From: a virus
Direction: 5' to 3' (one strand)
IMG/VR virus record: IMGVR_UViG_3300027908_000012
Span: 1-44,235 of that record
Length of the DNA stretch: 44,235 nt
The notes beneath the pieces are model-generated. The model worked only from the letters and a program-made list of their open reading frames with translations. It did not search any database and was not told the origin of the DNA. How positions within the stretch are numbered: the stretch's first letter is position 1; every line of letters starts with the position of its first letter. Positions 16,438 through 24,185 of this stretch are shown here, piece after piece. A program made the translations under genes and the position numbers.

Positions 16438-17070
16438 TCATCCCGGTATATTTGGGTCATCAATCTTGTGACGCTTCCCATCGCTGCCAATCACAAACTC
16501 ATCTGGTGCGATAGCCGAAGACTGAGACGGCCCCGAGCTGGTCGCAAAACTCTGTCCAGAGAGTCCAGTAACAGGGGGTTGAGGGGGAGCTGCGCTTTGA
16601 ACAATTCGTGCGCCTTTATACTCGCTCAACATTTTGTCGAGTTCCTCTTCCGCGTTGCAATGCGTGCAGGCTTTGCGCTCTCGTGGCTCACAGAGACCAT
16701 GCGGCATCTTCGTATTGCGAAGGAGGCTCATCACGCGATTGTAAAGAGCTTCGTAGCGCGTCACTGCCGCAGGCTCAATCCCTGAACCGCAGCAACGGTC
16801 GCAGATTGGTACGCAGTTCCCTAGTCCGTGCCATTCGGTATCATCAGCAGACTCAATCTGCCCCGGGCATAATCCGCACGGCATTGGATACTTCGGCCCC
16901 GCCTCAACTCTCACTGGGTGTGCGGCGAGGGCGGCTTCGAGTTCGTCAGCGCATTCCCTGAATGCCCTCGTAGCCCCATTTATCCAGTTCGGATCGCCTA
17001 TAGGTTTATTTTTGTGCCACTTCGCCGCCAACCCCTCCAGTGCTTCTCTCAGCGTGTTTTCAGTGGTCAC
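16438..17070 (-). CDS. Cys-rich hypothetical protein (210 aa)
   Basis: GTG start. There are multiple CxxC/CC clusters (PCGLCPG, CVPICDRCCGSG, CTHC). No family was recognised. Confidence 0.55.
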   Translation of the reverse strand: MTTENTLREALEGLAAKWHKNKPIGDPNWINGATRAFRECADELEAALAAHPVRVEAGPKYPMPCGLCPGQIESADDTEWHGLGNCVPICDRCCGSGIEPAAVTRYEALYNRVMSLLRNTKMPHGLCEPRERKACTHCNAEEELDKMLSEYKGARIVQSAAPPQPPVTGLSGQSFATSSGPSQSSAIAPDEFVIGSDGKRHKIDDPNIPG

Positions 17071-17159
17071 AAGAAAAATTACTCCTTTTTCACAAAGACC
17101 GCTTGATACGTTCGTTCGATGGCATTTCGCAGCTTTTGGCCTGAGTGGTGCTGGCAGTT

Positions 17160-17630
17160 TTACTCACAGGCTTTCATCTTGTCGGCAATTCCGCCTTCAC
17201 CGTCAACGTATCTGCGCCACGGCATGAACTTTCCATCGTGCCAAAATCCCCACTCGCGCACAGGTTTGAGGACAGCCACGAGGGTCCAGCAATTCTTAGA
17301 AGGAACCGTTATGCGGTGAATGTGATTCGCTGGAAATGTGCGAATCCAAGGCGCTTGGTATTTCGTGATGCGCGTCTCTGGGTGATGCTGAATTAATCCC
17401 ATCGGCGTCTCTTCGAGGTACCAGCCCTTCAAACCAATTGAGATGAAACGCTTCGGATGGTCATGCAAGTCGAGGCTCCAATCGTCGCCAACGAAGTGAT
17501 GCAGGTAGAGTGAGATGTGACCTTTCCACTGGAAGATCGTCCAGCGCCACAGATATGTCGGGCAGCGGTGACCTCCATTGATTTCCTCAGGAACTCCGAA
17601 TAACCGCGTAAGCAACCACGTAACTTTCAT
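17160..17630 (-). CDS. Hypothetical protein with HDHP motif (156 aa)
   Basis: ATG 17630 has GGGAGG 10 nt upstream. The motifs LDLHDHP...IGLKGWY and WGFW recall a conserved phage family of unknown function. Confidence 0.55.
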   Translation of the reverse strand: MKVTWLLTRLFGVPEEINGGHRCPTYLWRWTIFQWKGHISLYLHHFVGDDWSLDLHDHPKRFISIGLKGWYLEETPMGLIQHHPETRITKYQAPWIRTFPANHIHRITVPSKNCWTLVAVLKPVREWGFWHDGKFMPWRRYVDGEGGIADKMKACE

Positions 17631-17755
17631 GGTGCAATAGCCTCCCAAACACCTGCGTTACCTCGCTGTGTCATAAAACCCCGTGTCCCGAATGCCTGTT
17701 TTCACAAAGCTTGCCGGTCTATAAGCTGCGAGCTAGCGCCCTTAGTAATCCATCC

Positions 17756-18001
17756 TCATGTCTTCCGTTTCACATAAACTTCGATACCCTTCCCTTTATG
17801 CCTAAGAAGTTTGAATGCGTTGCCAAGTGATGTGGCGAACTCATCTGCAAGTTCTAGCGTAGTGAAACCCTCAACTTCATCTCGAACGTCAGAACTATAT
17901 TCACCATGGCGGGAGCGCCATCGGACTTCCCATAGATAAGCGGCTTGCACGTCTTTTGTTTCATTACTCTTTGGCATTGTTAGCCATCTGAAAATGTTCA
18001 T
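17756..18001 (-). CDS. Hypothetical protein (81 aa)
   Basis: ORF-track entry with an ATGA overlap with rusA upstream. Confidence 0.5.
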   Translation of the reverse strand: MNIFRWLTMPKSNETKDVQAAYLWEVRWRSRHGEYSSDVRDEVEGFTTLELADEFATSLGNAFKLLRHKGKGIEVYVKRKT

Positions 18002-18387
18002 GCTGGTTCCACCTCGATAACCGTGCGTTTGTCTTTTTTCCCCAAACTTCGTTCCTGTTTAACTGTCAGATCGCAATAGGAAGCCGCGTCATCCACGATC
18101 ATTCTGAGAGCCTTCATCGCATCCAGAATCGGCTTTACGCTCGCCCAAGCGTTATCTTCGTCATACCTGCGTATGTTGTAGATGGTGACCGTGACCCGTT
18201 TCTTGTACTGCGCGATTAGTTCCCAACTCTCAAACTGGGAACCTGCCGCCCACAACTCCTTCTCCCACGCCTTCTTTTCCTTGGCCTTGGCGCTCCAGTG
18301 CTTCCCTAGGAGCCTATTAGGCGACAGCGGCACCCTGGGGATACTGAGGCGATAGCCACGCAACACTGGAGTTTGCTCGGTGGTCAC
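17998..18387 (-). CDS. rusA: RusA-family Holliday junction resolvase
   Basis: GTG 18387 forms a GTGA overlap with the upstream stop. The motifs IPRVPLSPNRLLGKHW, YDEDNAWASVKPILDAM and IVDDA match the RusA pattern. The part of the 196-aa track ORF upstream of this start is basic, low-complexity sequence. Confidence 0.7.
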   Translation of the reverse strand: MTTEQTPVLRGYRLSIPRVPLSPNRLLGKHWSAKAKEKKAWEKELWAAGSQFESWELIAQYKKRVTVTIYNIRRYDEDNAWASVKPILDAMKALRMIVDDAASYCDLTVKQERSLGKKDKRTVIEVEPA

Positions 18388-18593
18388 AAAGGCACCCGGC
18401 TGCGGCGTATGTCTTCTTTGAGCATTACTTCCAATTCTTTCTCCACTAATCTGCTGTGCGTCTTCGATAGCCAATTCACAATGAACCTTTTTACGTTCTT
18501 TTTTGCGCGAAGCGGATTGGCGTCCAGCCATACCTGCATCTTTGCTATCTCCCCTTCGATATTCACTCCTGGATATGCTTTCTTCCATGACAA
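18384..18593 (-). CDS. Hypothetical protein (69 aa from TTG 18593; frame open up to about 18674)
   Basis: The frame stays open upstream to an AGGAGG box that is followed only by ATT. The sequence LQEIWKFEKN...SWKKAYPG...MQVWL resembles a W..YP...A..W motif common in phage early proteins. Confidence 0.45.
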   Translation of the reverse strand: MSWKKAYPGVNIEGEIAKMQVWLDANPLRAKKNVKRFIVNWLSKTHSRLVEKELEVMLKEDIRRSRVPL

Positions 18594-18908
18594 GTAGTCC
18601 AGTTCAGAAATTGAGAATTCGGCGTTTTTCTCAAATTTCCAGATTTCTTGCAGTTTCGGAATTTCCTTGTCAAGCGAAATATTGCCTCCTAACCCCTTTA
18701 TTTACCGAAAACTTAGCTATTTCTTCCGTAAATGTTTGGCAAAAGCCGTGCTAAAAGCTTCTACTAGGTTTGCGTAAGTTAAGTACCTCCTCGATTCGCC
18801 TCTCGCTTGACTTTGACTTGTCTTGATTCGCTCCTAAAAGGTGTAGGTGAGGAAGGAAAGCACCGCGACCCCAAAGGTTAATTTAGGAAAACATATTCGC
18901 CGCCGCGC

Positions 18909-19169
18909 TCATTGCGCCACCACTTTCCAGTCGCGGCATTGCAACGTCCAATTCCCCTCTCCTCTTGCGTGTCTCACATCTCCGTTATGAGAAATGGTTT
19001 TGGCTAAGATTGACTCTTCGCCGATAGCAGTTATCTCAATCACTGTAGGACCGTAACCTTCATCTCCCACTAACTGCGTTCCTACAGTCCAACCATTAAC
19101 CTTGCATCTCTCGGCGTCGGACTGCCCACGAGGAGCTTCAAATCTAATCCGTACCGTTTCGGCCTTCAT
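18909..19169 (-). CDS. Hypothetical protein (86 aa)
   Basis: ORF-track entry with an ATGA overlap upstream. The pattern GWTVGT...ITAIGEESILAK recurs in phage proteins of unknown function. Confidence 0.5.
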   Translation of the reverse strand: MKAETVRIRFEAPRGQSDAERCKVNGWTVGTQLVGDEGYGPTVIEITAIGEESILAKTISHNGDVRHARGEGNWTLQCRDWKVVAQ

Positions 19170-19351
19170 CTGCGCTCCTTTTTGCGTAGCAAGCGTGTCG
19201 CTTTTTCATCCCTATAAGCCTTGAATTGCGCACGGCCTTTGTAGACACGAAAATGCATCGAATGCACTAATCCGCAATCACAACACGCCAATTTGTAAGC
19301 TCGACGCAATGGCTGCACCCATTCCCCGGACTTGGGTTTCCTAAACCTCAC
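19166..19351 (-). CDS. Small basic protein with CCDCG motif (61 aa)
   Basis: ORF-track entry with overlapping stop/start codons on both sides. Confidence 0.5.
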   Translation of the reverse strand: MRFRKPKSGEWVQPLRRAYKLACCDCGLVHSMHFRVYKGRAQFKAYRDEKATRLLRKKERR

Positions 19352-19647
19352 GCGTGAACCTCAAACAAAGATGGCTGCGCTTCTTTCGGCGCTGGCTTGC
19401 GAACCTGATACTCAAACAGGCCGGCTTTAGGGTTGCCGCGCCTCCGCTTGTCTACTTGGTACCCCATCCTCCTCAAGTCTCGCAGCCGAGCGGATATACT
19501 GGCCTCGGGGAAGAATATTGCTCTGGAAATCTCTTGCAGCGTGAACCAGCTTCCTGTGGCGCCCCACATCAACATCCAAGTACGCACTCGGCCTAGCTGC
19601 TTGCCGAGTCGCTCACCGTCAAGCTTTGCGTTGAAGGTTTCGCTCAT
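19348..19647 (-). CDS. Winged-helix-like DNA-binding protein (99 aa)
   Basis: FTLQEISRAIFFPEASISARLRDLRRMGYQV resembles a wHTH recognition segment. The RBS is AGGAAGGG. Confidence 0.45.
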   Translation of the reverse strand: MSETFNAKLDGERLGKQLGRVRTWMLMWGATGSWFTLQEISRAIFFPEASISARLRDLRRMGYQVDKRRRGNPKAGLFEYQVRKPAPKEAQPSLFEVHA

Positions 19648-19712
19648 TTTCGCCCTTCCTAAATTGTTCCAATAGCGCTAATGCTTCGCCTGCTTCTTTT
19701 GGCGATAGAGGC

Positions 19713-19832
19713 TCAGCTTTGCCTAGCGGCCGCATAATCCATTTCGACTTCTTGGTGCGCCCTAACACCCTCAGCAGCACGATCATCAAGCGTCTCCAAG
19801 GCTCTCTGAAAAGTTTTGGGAATTATATACAT
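19713..19832 (-). CDS. Possible 39-aa ORF
   Basis: It has a TAATG overlap with the upstream stop. It competes with a 55-aa ORF (19619-19786) in another frame. Confidence 0.25.
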   Translation of the reverse strand: MYIIPKTFQRALETLDDRAAEGVRAHQEVEMDYAAARQS

Positions 19833-20014
19833 TAGTACCTTTTCTTTTTTCGCTTCTTTCGTCGCGCACGTTTTTTGGCAGCTTTCGTTTTGGGCTTAGG
19901 ACGGTATGCGAGTACACGGTCAGTCACGCGGTCTAAGAGATGGCATGAACAATTACACTGATTCCATCCACATTCATCGTGTTTTCCGGCAATGCAAAGC
20001 TCGCTGCGAATCAT
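19832..20014 (-). CDS. Cys-rich small protein with poly-basic tail (60 aa)
   Basis: ATGA overlap with the transposase stop. The sequence is CIAGKHDECGWNQCNCSCH followed by KAAKKRARRKKRKKKRY. Confidence 0.45.
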   Translation of the reverse strand: MIRSELCIAGKHDECGWNQCNCSCHLLDRVTDRVLAYRPKPKTKAAKKRARRKKRKKKRY

Positions 20015-20929
20015 GCGATGAGCCTCTCGTGAGTGAGCCGTTTGCCTGCAACCGCGTCCACGAAGGAATCGAGCCGTTCCGTGGTATGCCGCGCAACGTT
20101 GCCTTCATTCAGACGAAACGCAAACTCATTGACGTAGCGACCGAGATGCTTTTTGCTGACTTGATGGTAGACACCGTGCAATCCGCGTTTCAGGACTGCC
20201 CAAACACTCTCGATGCTGTTTGTGGTAGCCATCCCGCGCACGTATTCGCCCGCAGAATGGTATAACGCGCTCTTGCTTGAAGAACAGGCCGTCCAAGTCG
20301 TTATAGGCTCCGTGTTCGTCTGTGAACAGCGTAGAGCCGACTTCAATGTTGCGGTGAATGGCGTTCTGGACTTCCTCGATGCTCACGCTCTTGAGAGGCA
20401 TCGCCTTGGTGCGACCGCCGCGCTCCCGCATTCCGAGTACCGGAGTTTTGCCGACCGAGCCACGCCCCTGTTTCAGTTTGTCGCCTTCGTGTTTGTTGCT
20501 CTCCAATCCGCCAACGAAAGTCTCATCAATCTCGACAGAGCCGCGCAACTTAGCCAAGTCCTTACCACACGCCTCCCGGAGACGGTGAAGAACGAACCAA
20601 GCCGACTTTTGAGTGATTCCAATCTCTTTGGCGAGTTGCATAGAAGAGATGCCCTTGCGAGCCGTGACAAGCAAATACATAGCATAGAGCCACTTGTGCA
20701 GCGGAACGTGCGACCGCTCGAAGATAGTCCCCGTTCGCACGGTGAAGTCCAGTTTGCAGGCGTTGCAGCGGTAGTAGCCATCCTTGCGGACGGTGATTCG
20801 CTCCATGCTCTTGCACTCCGGGCAGGTGACGCCATTAGGCCAGAGCCGCGATTCGAGGTACACGCGAGCCGAGGCTTCGTCGGGATACATCTCGAAGAGT
20901 TTGAAGGTGCTGATCGTGGAGCGGCTCAT
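20011..20929 (-). pseudogene. IS1595-family (ISXO2-like) DDE transposase, reading frame broken by a single extra nucleotide near 20261-20264
   Basis: The N-terminal frame (20126-20929) carries the zinc-ribbon CPECKS...CNACK, an HTH (SSMQLAKEIGITQKSAWF) and EIDETFVGG...LFTDEHGAYNDL. The family motif HSAGEYVRG..TNSIES.WAVLKRG..GVYHQVSKKHLGRYVNEFAFR continues in the +1 frame (20011-20346). Deleting one base in GTTATACC restores ..ERV(N/Y)HSAGEYVRG. Confidence 0.8.
20899..20929 (-). repeat. Direct repeat copy B: transposase start (MSRSTISTFK)
   Basis: It is 28/31 nt identical to 21067-21097. The three differences are all synonymous third-position changes. Confidence 0.9.
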
Positions 20930-21051
20930 AATTCTAATTCCTCCGACTCGACTTCCTCATCTGTGGCTGCTTCGTTTTCCGTCCTACAAGTGCAACACTG
21001 CCAACACGTATTGCACCAACAGCATTCAACGCAGGCTCCGCATTCACACAT
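20926..21051 (-). CDS. 41-aa Cys-rich / acidic-tailed micro-ORF (below track cutoff)
   Basis: Hand translation: MCECGACVECCWCNTCWQCCTCRTENEAATDEEVESEELEL. There are 10 Cys in the first 22 residues. GAGG lies 6 nt upstream, and the stop forms an ATGA overlap with the transposase start. Confidence 0.35.
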   Translation of the reverse strand: MCECGACVECCWCNTCWQCCTCRTENEAATDEEVESEELEL

Positions 21052-21066
21052 CGCCAACCTCGTTCG

Positions 21067-21097
21067 GTTTGAAGGTGCTGATAGTCGAACGGCTCAT
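21067..21097 (-). repeat. Direct repeat copy A: orphan copy of transposase start, heads a 17-codon ORF (MSRSTISTFKPNEVGDV)
   Basis: The ATG at 21097 forms an ATGA overlap with the stop of gene 21094-21291. The copy lies 168 nt (56 codons) upstream of copy B. Confidence 0.9.
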
Positions 21098-21291
21098 CGG
21101 CTCACCTGTGCAGCAGCTGCATTTCTTCGCATTATGTCCTGTGCGCGGCAAAGTCCACAGGTTTTGTGTCCGCTAGGCTTGGTCTTTTGCGTAACCCACA
21201 ATTCGTGGCCGCAGGCGAATGACACGAACCACTGGCGCGAATTCAAGGGAGATTGTTTCGCTTGGAGAATTAATCGTCTAAAGAGTCTCAT
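21094..21291 (-). CDS. Small zinc-ribbon-like protein (65 aa)
   Basis: ORF-track entry with a CGH...CGLC pattern. Confidence 0.45.
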   Translation of the reverse strand: MRLFRRLILQAKQSPLNSRQWFVSFACGHELWVTQKTKPSGHKTCGLCRAQDIMRRNAAAAQVSR

Positions 21292-21481
21292 TGGTTACCC
21301 ATCCTTCTGGCCGAAAGCCCCAAAAGTACCACGCCAACCGATAATCAGATTTTCCTGTCAACTTATGGAGATGATTGCAGTTATTGGCGTCGGCTACATG
21401 ATTGTTCGAGTGCGAGCAAATAGGACATACACTCGTCTTTGTTTCTGGATTCATTTGGACCTTGTAAAATTTGTTTGCCAT
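21278..21481 (-). CDS. Small Cys/His-rich protein (67 aa from ATG 21481)
   Basis: ATG 21481 is preceded by GGAG (9-nt spacer) and lies downstream of a TTGACA-N17-TACACT promoter. The pattern is CPICSH...NNCNH. Confidence 0.45.
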   Translation of the reverse strand: MANKFYKVQMNPETKTSVCPICSHSNNHVADANNCNHLHKLTGKSDYRLAWYFWGFRPEGWVTNETL

Positions 21482-21503
21482 GCGAGGTGTCTCCATGTCC
21501 ACC

Positions 21504-21532
21504 AGTGTACTTAACTCCCTTGCCGTTGTCAA
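21504..21532 (-). promoter_or_regulatory. Sigma70-type promoter TTGACA-N17-TACACT
   Basis: In reverse complement, TTGACA is at 21527-21532 and TACACT at 21504-21509. It overlaps the HNH stop codon. Confidence 0.45.
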
Positions 21533-21867
21533 GGGTTATTTGGGGAGTCATGTATATAAGTCCCAAAGTTTTTACTCGTGCGGAATTGCGGGTTGCGGTT
21601 GCCGTGGAAGCGTTTATGGCAGGGGGCACAACTAGCCACTAAATTTCCCATGGATTCGTCGCCGCCCTTGCTTCGTTCTTTGTCGTGGTGCATATGCATG
21701 GTTTCTTCGGTGATTGGCCTATTGCAGCCGTTCATTTCACAGAAGCCTCCGCAACGCTCCCAAACTTCATGCCTTCTGACGCTGGTGTCCTCGCCATACA
21801 GGAATTGCCGGCCATCCCTGCTTATGAATGAGCGGGGATCAAGGAAACCTCTTCGGATAGTCTCCAT
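21529..21867 (-). CDS. HNH endonuclease (112 aa from ATG 21867)
   Basis: CEMNGC...HMHHDKERSKGGDESMGNLVASCAPCHKRFH is a classical HNH motif. The upstream part of the 158-aa track ORF overlaps the exonuclease gene. Confidence 0.8.
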   Translation of the reverse strand: METIRRGFLDPRSFISRDGRQFLYGEDTSVRRHEVWERCGGFCEMNGCNRPITEETMHMHHDKERSKGGDESMGNLVASCAPCHKRFHGNRNPQFRTSKNFGTYIHDSPNNP

Positions 21868-21887
21868 TGGGTCTTTTTTAGCGGCTC

Positions 21888-22751
21888 TCAAAGGCTTGCG
21901 CCTTCCTGTTGTGCGATGGATTCCGTTAAAGCCTTCTCGATGTTTTGCTCGGTGGGTTTCTGTTTGGCCTGATATTCCGCATCCATTTCTTGCGCCCAGG
22001 TCCATACACTTTTGGCGTCAAGGAACTTTGGAAACATCAGTTCTTCGGGTTTCGCTTCCACCACTTCAAAGTTAGGGTCGGTTTCTACTTTAGGGAGGCG
22101 AACGATTAATCCCTTCTTGGGATCACCGTGGCCCATTTCGCGCACGGCATGACGGTAAGCGGCGTTCTGCAAGTGCGATTCGCTATAGATTGCTTTGCCA
22201 GTCTTCCAGTCGATTACGGTGAGCACTCCATCCACTTCGGCAAGCAAATCAAGCGTGCCGGCGTAATGGTGTGTGCGGCTGTAAACCACCTGTTCGATGG
22301 CAATGGGTTTCAGTTTTGCGGCTTGCCGCCAATCCTGCCACGCCATAAAAGCCCACTGAGCAGCGTCAGAAATCCTCGGGGAAGGTCCCGCTTCGTACAT
22401 CAGTTCGCCCTTCAGCGTCCATTCGATCAGTTCGTGGCACTGCGTCCCAATGTCGCCGGCTTTCCTCAACTCTTTGGCGCTGGCTTTCTCTTTTCCAAGC
22501 CTCGCGTTCATCGTCAAGAGCCATGCGGCCCTGCTCATCGGTTCGGTTCTTGAGCAATCGGCGTACAGGTCGGCTGAGACGCTCAGTACCATCTCCCGCT
22601 CGACCTTCCCGGCCCAGTTCATCAATGCAGGCTTGCCAATCACGTCCAAGATCGTCGTTACTGAGGGAAACAATTCCCCGTCGATAGGATAGAAACGGCT
22701 GGAGCCCTTCTTTACCCGGTCCTTCGTCGTGAAGGTCAAAACGGCACCCAT
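21888..22751 (-). CDS. PD-(D/E)XK (RecB/Cas4-like) phage exonuclease
   Basis: The motifs are SVTTILD, GTQCHELIE, YAGTLDLL, VIDWKTGK and QNAAY, which match nuclease motifs I-III plus QxxxY. Confidence 0.75.
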   Translation of the reverse strand: MGAVLTFTTKDRVKKGSSRFYPIDGELFPSVTTILDVIGKPALMNWAGKVEREMVLSVSADLYADCSRTEPMSRAAWLLTMNARLGKEKASAKELRKAGDIGTQCHELIEWTLKGELMYEAGPSPRISDAAQWAFMAWQDWRQAAKLKPIAIEQVVYSRTHHYAGTLDLLAEVDGVLTVIDWKTGKAIYSESHLQNAAYRHAVREMGHGDPKKGLIVRLPKVETDPNFEVVEAKPEELMFPKFLDAKSVWTWAQEMDAEYQAKQKPTEQNIEKALTESIAQQEGASL

Positions 22752-23257
22752 TCGGTTTCTTGTCCATGATTCGTCAGGCTCCCGTTTACTTTTCCGTGCG
22801 TGTATTCCTTGGGACGGTTCACTACGCGAACGTAATCTTCGCTGGGACGGAGCGTTGCGGCGTTTCTGGGCGCAGGTACGACTGCCTGGACGTTGGCGAA
22901 CACCCGCCCTTCATCCTTGATGTTGTGGATCACCTGAAGCTGACAGTTCGCTCCAAGCAGCTTCTCAATATCAAACTGCTTCTGTTCTTCGGCGGTGAAC
23001 TTACGACCGCGCCATGCCTCGAGCATCGGCTTCAGGCGTGATTTGTCGTGCAGGCTGGGCGTGTAGCGTTGGACAATCAGGAACGGACGGCCCTTGCTGT
23101 CCTTTTCCTCGAGCTGCCAGCGAATCTCAATCTTCTCCTGTGGCCCGAACTTGCTTTCGACGATTCCGAGGTCCACGACATCGACACATACGGCGTGCCA
23201 TAGACCTTCCGGCGCTACCTCGTAATCAGATTCTTTGGTTCTCGCGTAGATCGGCAT
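22736..23257 (-). CDS. DUF669-like protein (possible single-strand-DNA-binding recombination accessory)
   Basis: ATG 23257 is preceded by AAGGAGG. The pattern PEGLWHAV...KFGP..KIEIRWQL..GRPF...SLHDKSRLKPMLEAW resembles DUF669. It is adjacent to the exonuclease gene. Confidence 0.5.
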   Translation of the reverse strand: MPIYARTKESDYEVAPEGLWHAVCVDVVDLGIVESKFGPQEKIEIRWQLEEKDSKGRPFLIVQRYTPSLHDKSRLKPMLEAWRGRKFTAEEQKQFDIEKLLGANCQLQVIHNIKDEGRVFANVQAVVPAPRNAATLRPSEDYVRVVNRPKEYTHGKVNGSLTNHGQETEWVPF

Positions 23258-23441
23258 TGGCTTCCTCCTTTTGAATGACTGCTGAAACTCTTGCGCCACA
23301 GTGTGTGCATTTCCACCAATCGCTCCATGCGCGTTCATTCGGATTCCAGGTGCGGGTCAGGTCCAGGTGGTAGCAGGCTCTCTCTCGTCTTGCTGCGATA
23401 GCCTCGCTGAAATCCGCGCTGCGGTGGGTGCGAAGGGTCAT
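23226..23441 (-). CDS. Hypothetical protein (71 aa from ATG 23441)
   Basis: ATGA overlap with the 59-aa ORF upstream. It overlaps the next gene by 32 nt. Confidence 0.4.
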   Translation of the reverse strand: MTLRTHRSADFSEAIAARRERACYHLDLTRTWNPNERAWSDWWKCTHCGARVSAVIQKEEANADLRENQRI

Positions 23442-23617
23442 GGCTGCAATTCTCCAACCTCGTGCGCACTGACGATTGCCCACCCTGTTCTAAATTCGGG
23501 ATCGGATTTACGCCGACGTTCTGACTTTTCTACCGCCTTAGCCAAATTGATGGCGTTTATCAGCCAACGTTCCTTTGCTAGTGACGCCCTTTCCGCAACT
23601 ACGATTTCGTAAATCAC
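23438..23617 (-). CDS. Hypothetical 59-aa ORF (below track cutoff)
   Basis: Hand translation: (GTG)IYEIVVAERASLAKERWLINAINLAKAVEKSERRRKSDPEFRTGWAIVSAHEVGELQP. It has a GTGA overlap upstream and an ATGA overlap downstream, and it fills the gap exactly. Confidence 0.4.
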   Translation of the reverse strand: MIYEIVVAERASLAKERWLINAINLAKAVEKSERRRKSDPEFRTGWAIVSAHEVGELQP

Positions 23618-23937
23618 GGCCGCAAATCCTTCAGAATCGCCACCAGTGCCAGCACTGCTCCAGTAACCAGAACCGAGCCAATCAGCAGCAGCACTTTCCA
23701 GTTCAGCACCAGCACCGGCTTGCGAAAGTCCTGCCGCAAACGGTCCATAACGTCATGGTGGCTAGGTCCTTGATAGATGTTCACCGCGCGGTTCACCAAG
23801 TCGTTTTCGGTTACGTATGGTCTGGGCAGGGTGTAGATTTTGTTTCTGAGCATGGCTCGAAACTCCTTTTCGCTGATCTCATTGCCTGAATCGGATACGG
23901 CAGCTTCGTTTGCAAGGTCTTCGTAGAAATCGCTCAT
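23614..23937 (-). CDS. Tail-anchored membrane protein (107 aa)
   Basis: C-terminal TM helix WKVLLLIGSVLVTGAVLALVAIL. ATGA overlap upstream. Confidence 0.5.
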   Translation of the reverse strand: MSDFYEDLANEAAVSDSGNEISEKEFRAMLRNKIYTLPRPYVTENDLVNRAVNIYQGPSHHDVMDRLRQDFRKPVLVLNWKVLLLIGSVLVTGAVLALVAILKDLRP

Positions 23938-24185
23938 GCTGCCTCTAGTTTTTTGCGACCTTTGGCAGTTTTGCTTTCTGAAAATTCAATTACGTCATAG
24001 GGAACCGGACGGTTGGTTTGTCCGCTTACTAGCAGTTGCATTTTGACTGTTCGCAGGATTTCCCGTGCCTGAGAAGCTATGGCATCGGCGTGACCGGGCA
24101 GTAGTTTCTTGGATTTAACCTTATTCAAGACTTCCCACAGTGAGTTTTTAAGATTAACCGCTGAAAGATTCGTCGAACCGTTCAT
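23934..24185 (-). CDS. Hypothetical protein (83 aa)
   Basis: ORF-track entry within the coupled operon. Confidence 0.5.
   Translation of the reverse strand: MNGSTNLSAVNLKNSLWEVLNKVKSKKLLPGHADAIASQAREILRTVKMQLLVSGQTNRPVPYDVIEFSESKTAKGRKKLEAA

Noticed and set aside
19619-19786. 55-aa minus-strand ORF (MIVLLRVLGRTKKSKWIMRPLGKAEPLSPKEAGEALALLEQFRKGENERNLQRKA)
   Set aside because: It overlaps both the TAATG-coupled 39-aa ORF and the start of the wHTH gene in a different frame. I cannot decide between the alternatives from sequence alone.
20213-21514. 433-aa plus-strand ORF, the longest in this region
   Set aside because: It runs antisense to the transposase, the micro-ORF and two zinc-ribbon genes, all of which have family motifs or coupling signals. 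Its product is R/S/H/C-rich with no recognisable motif and no RBS.
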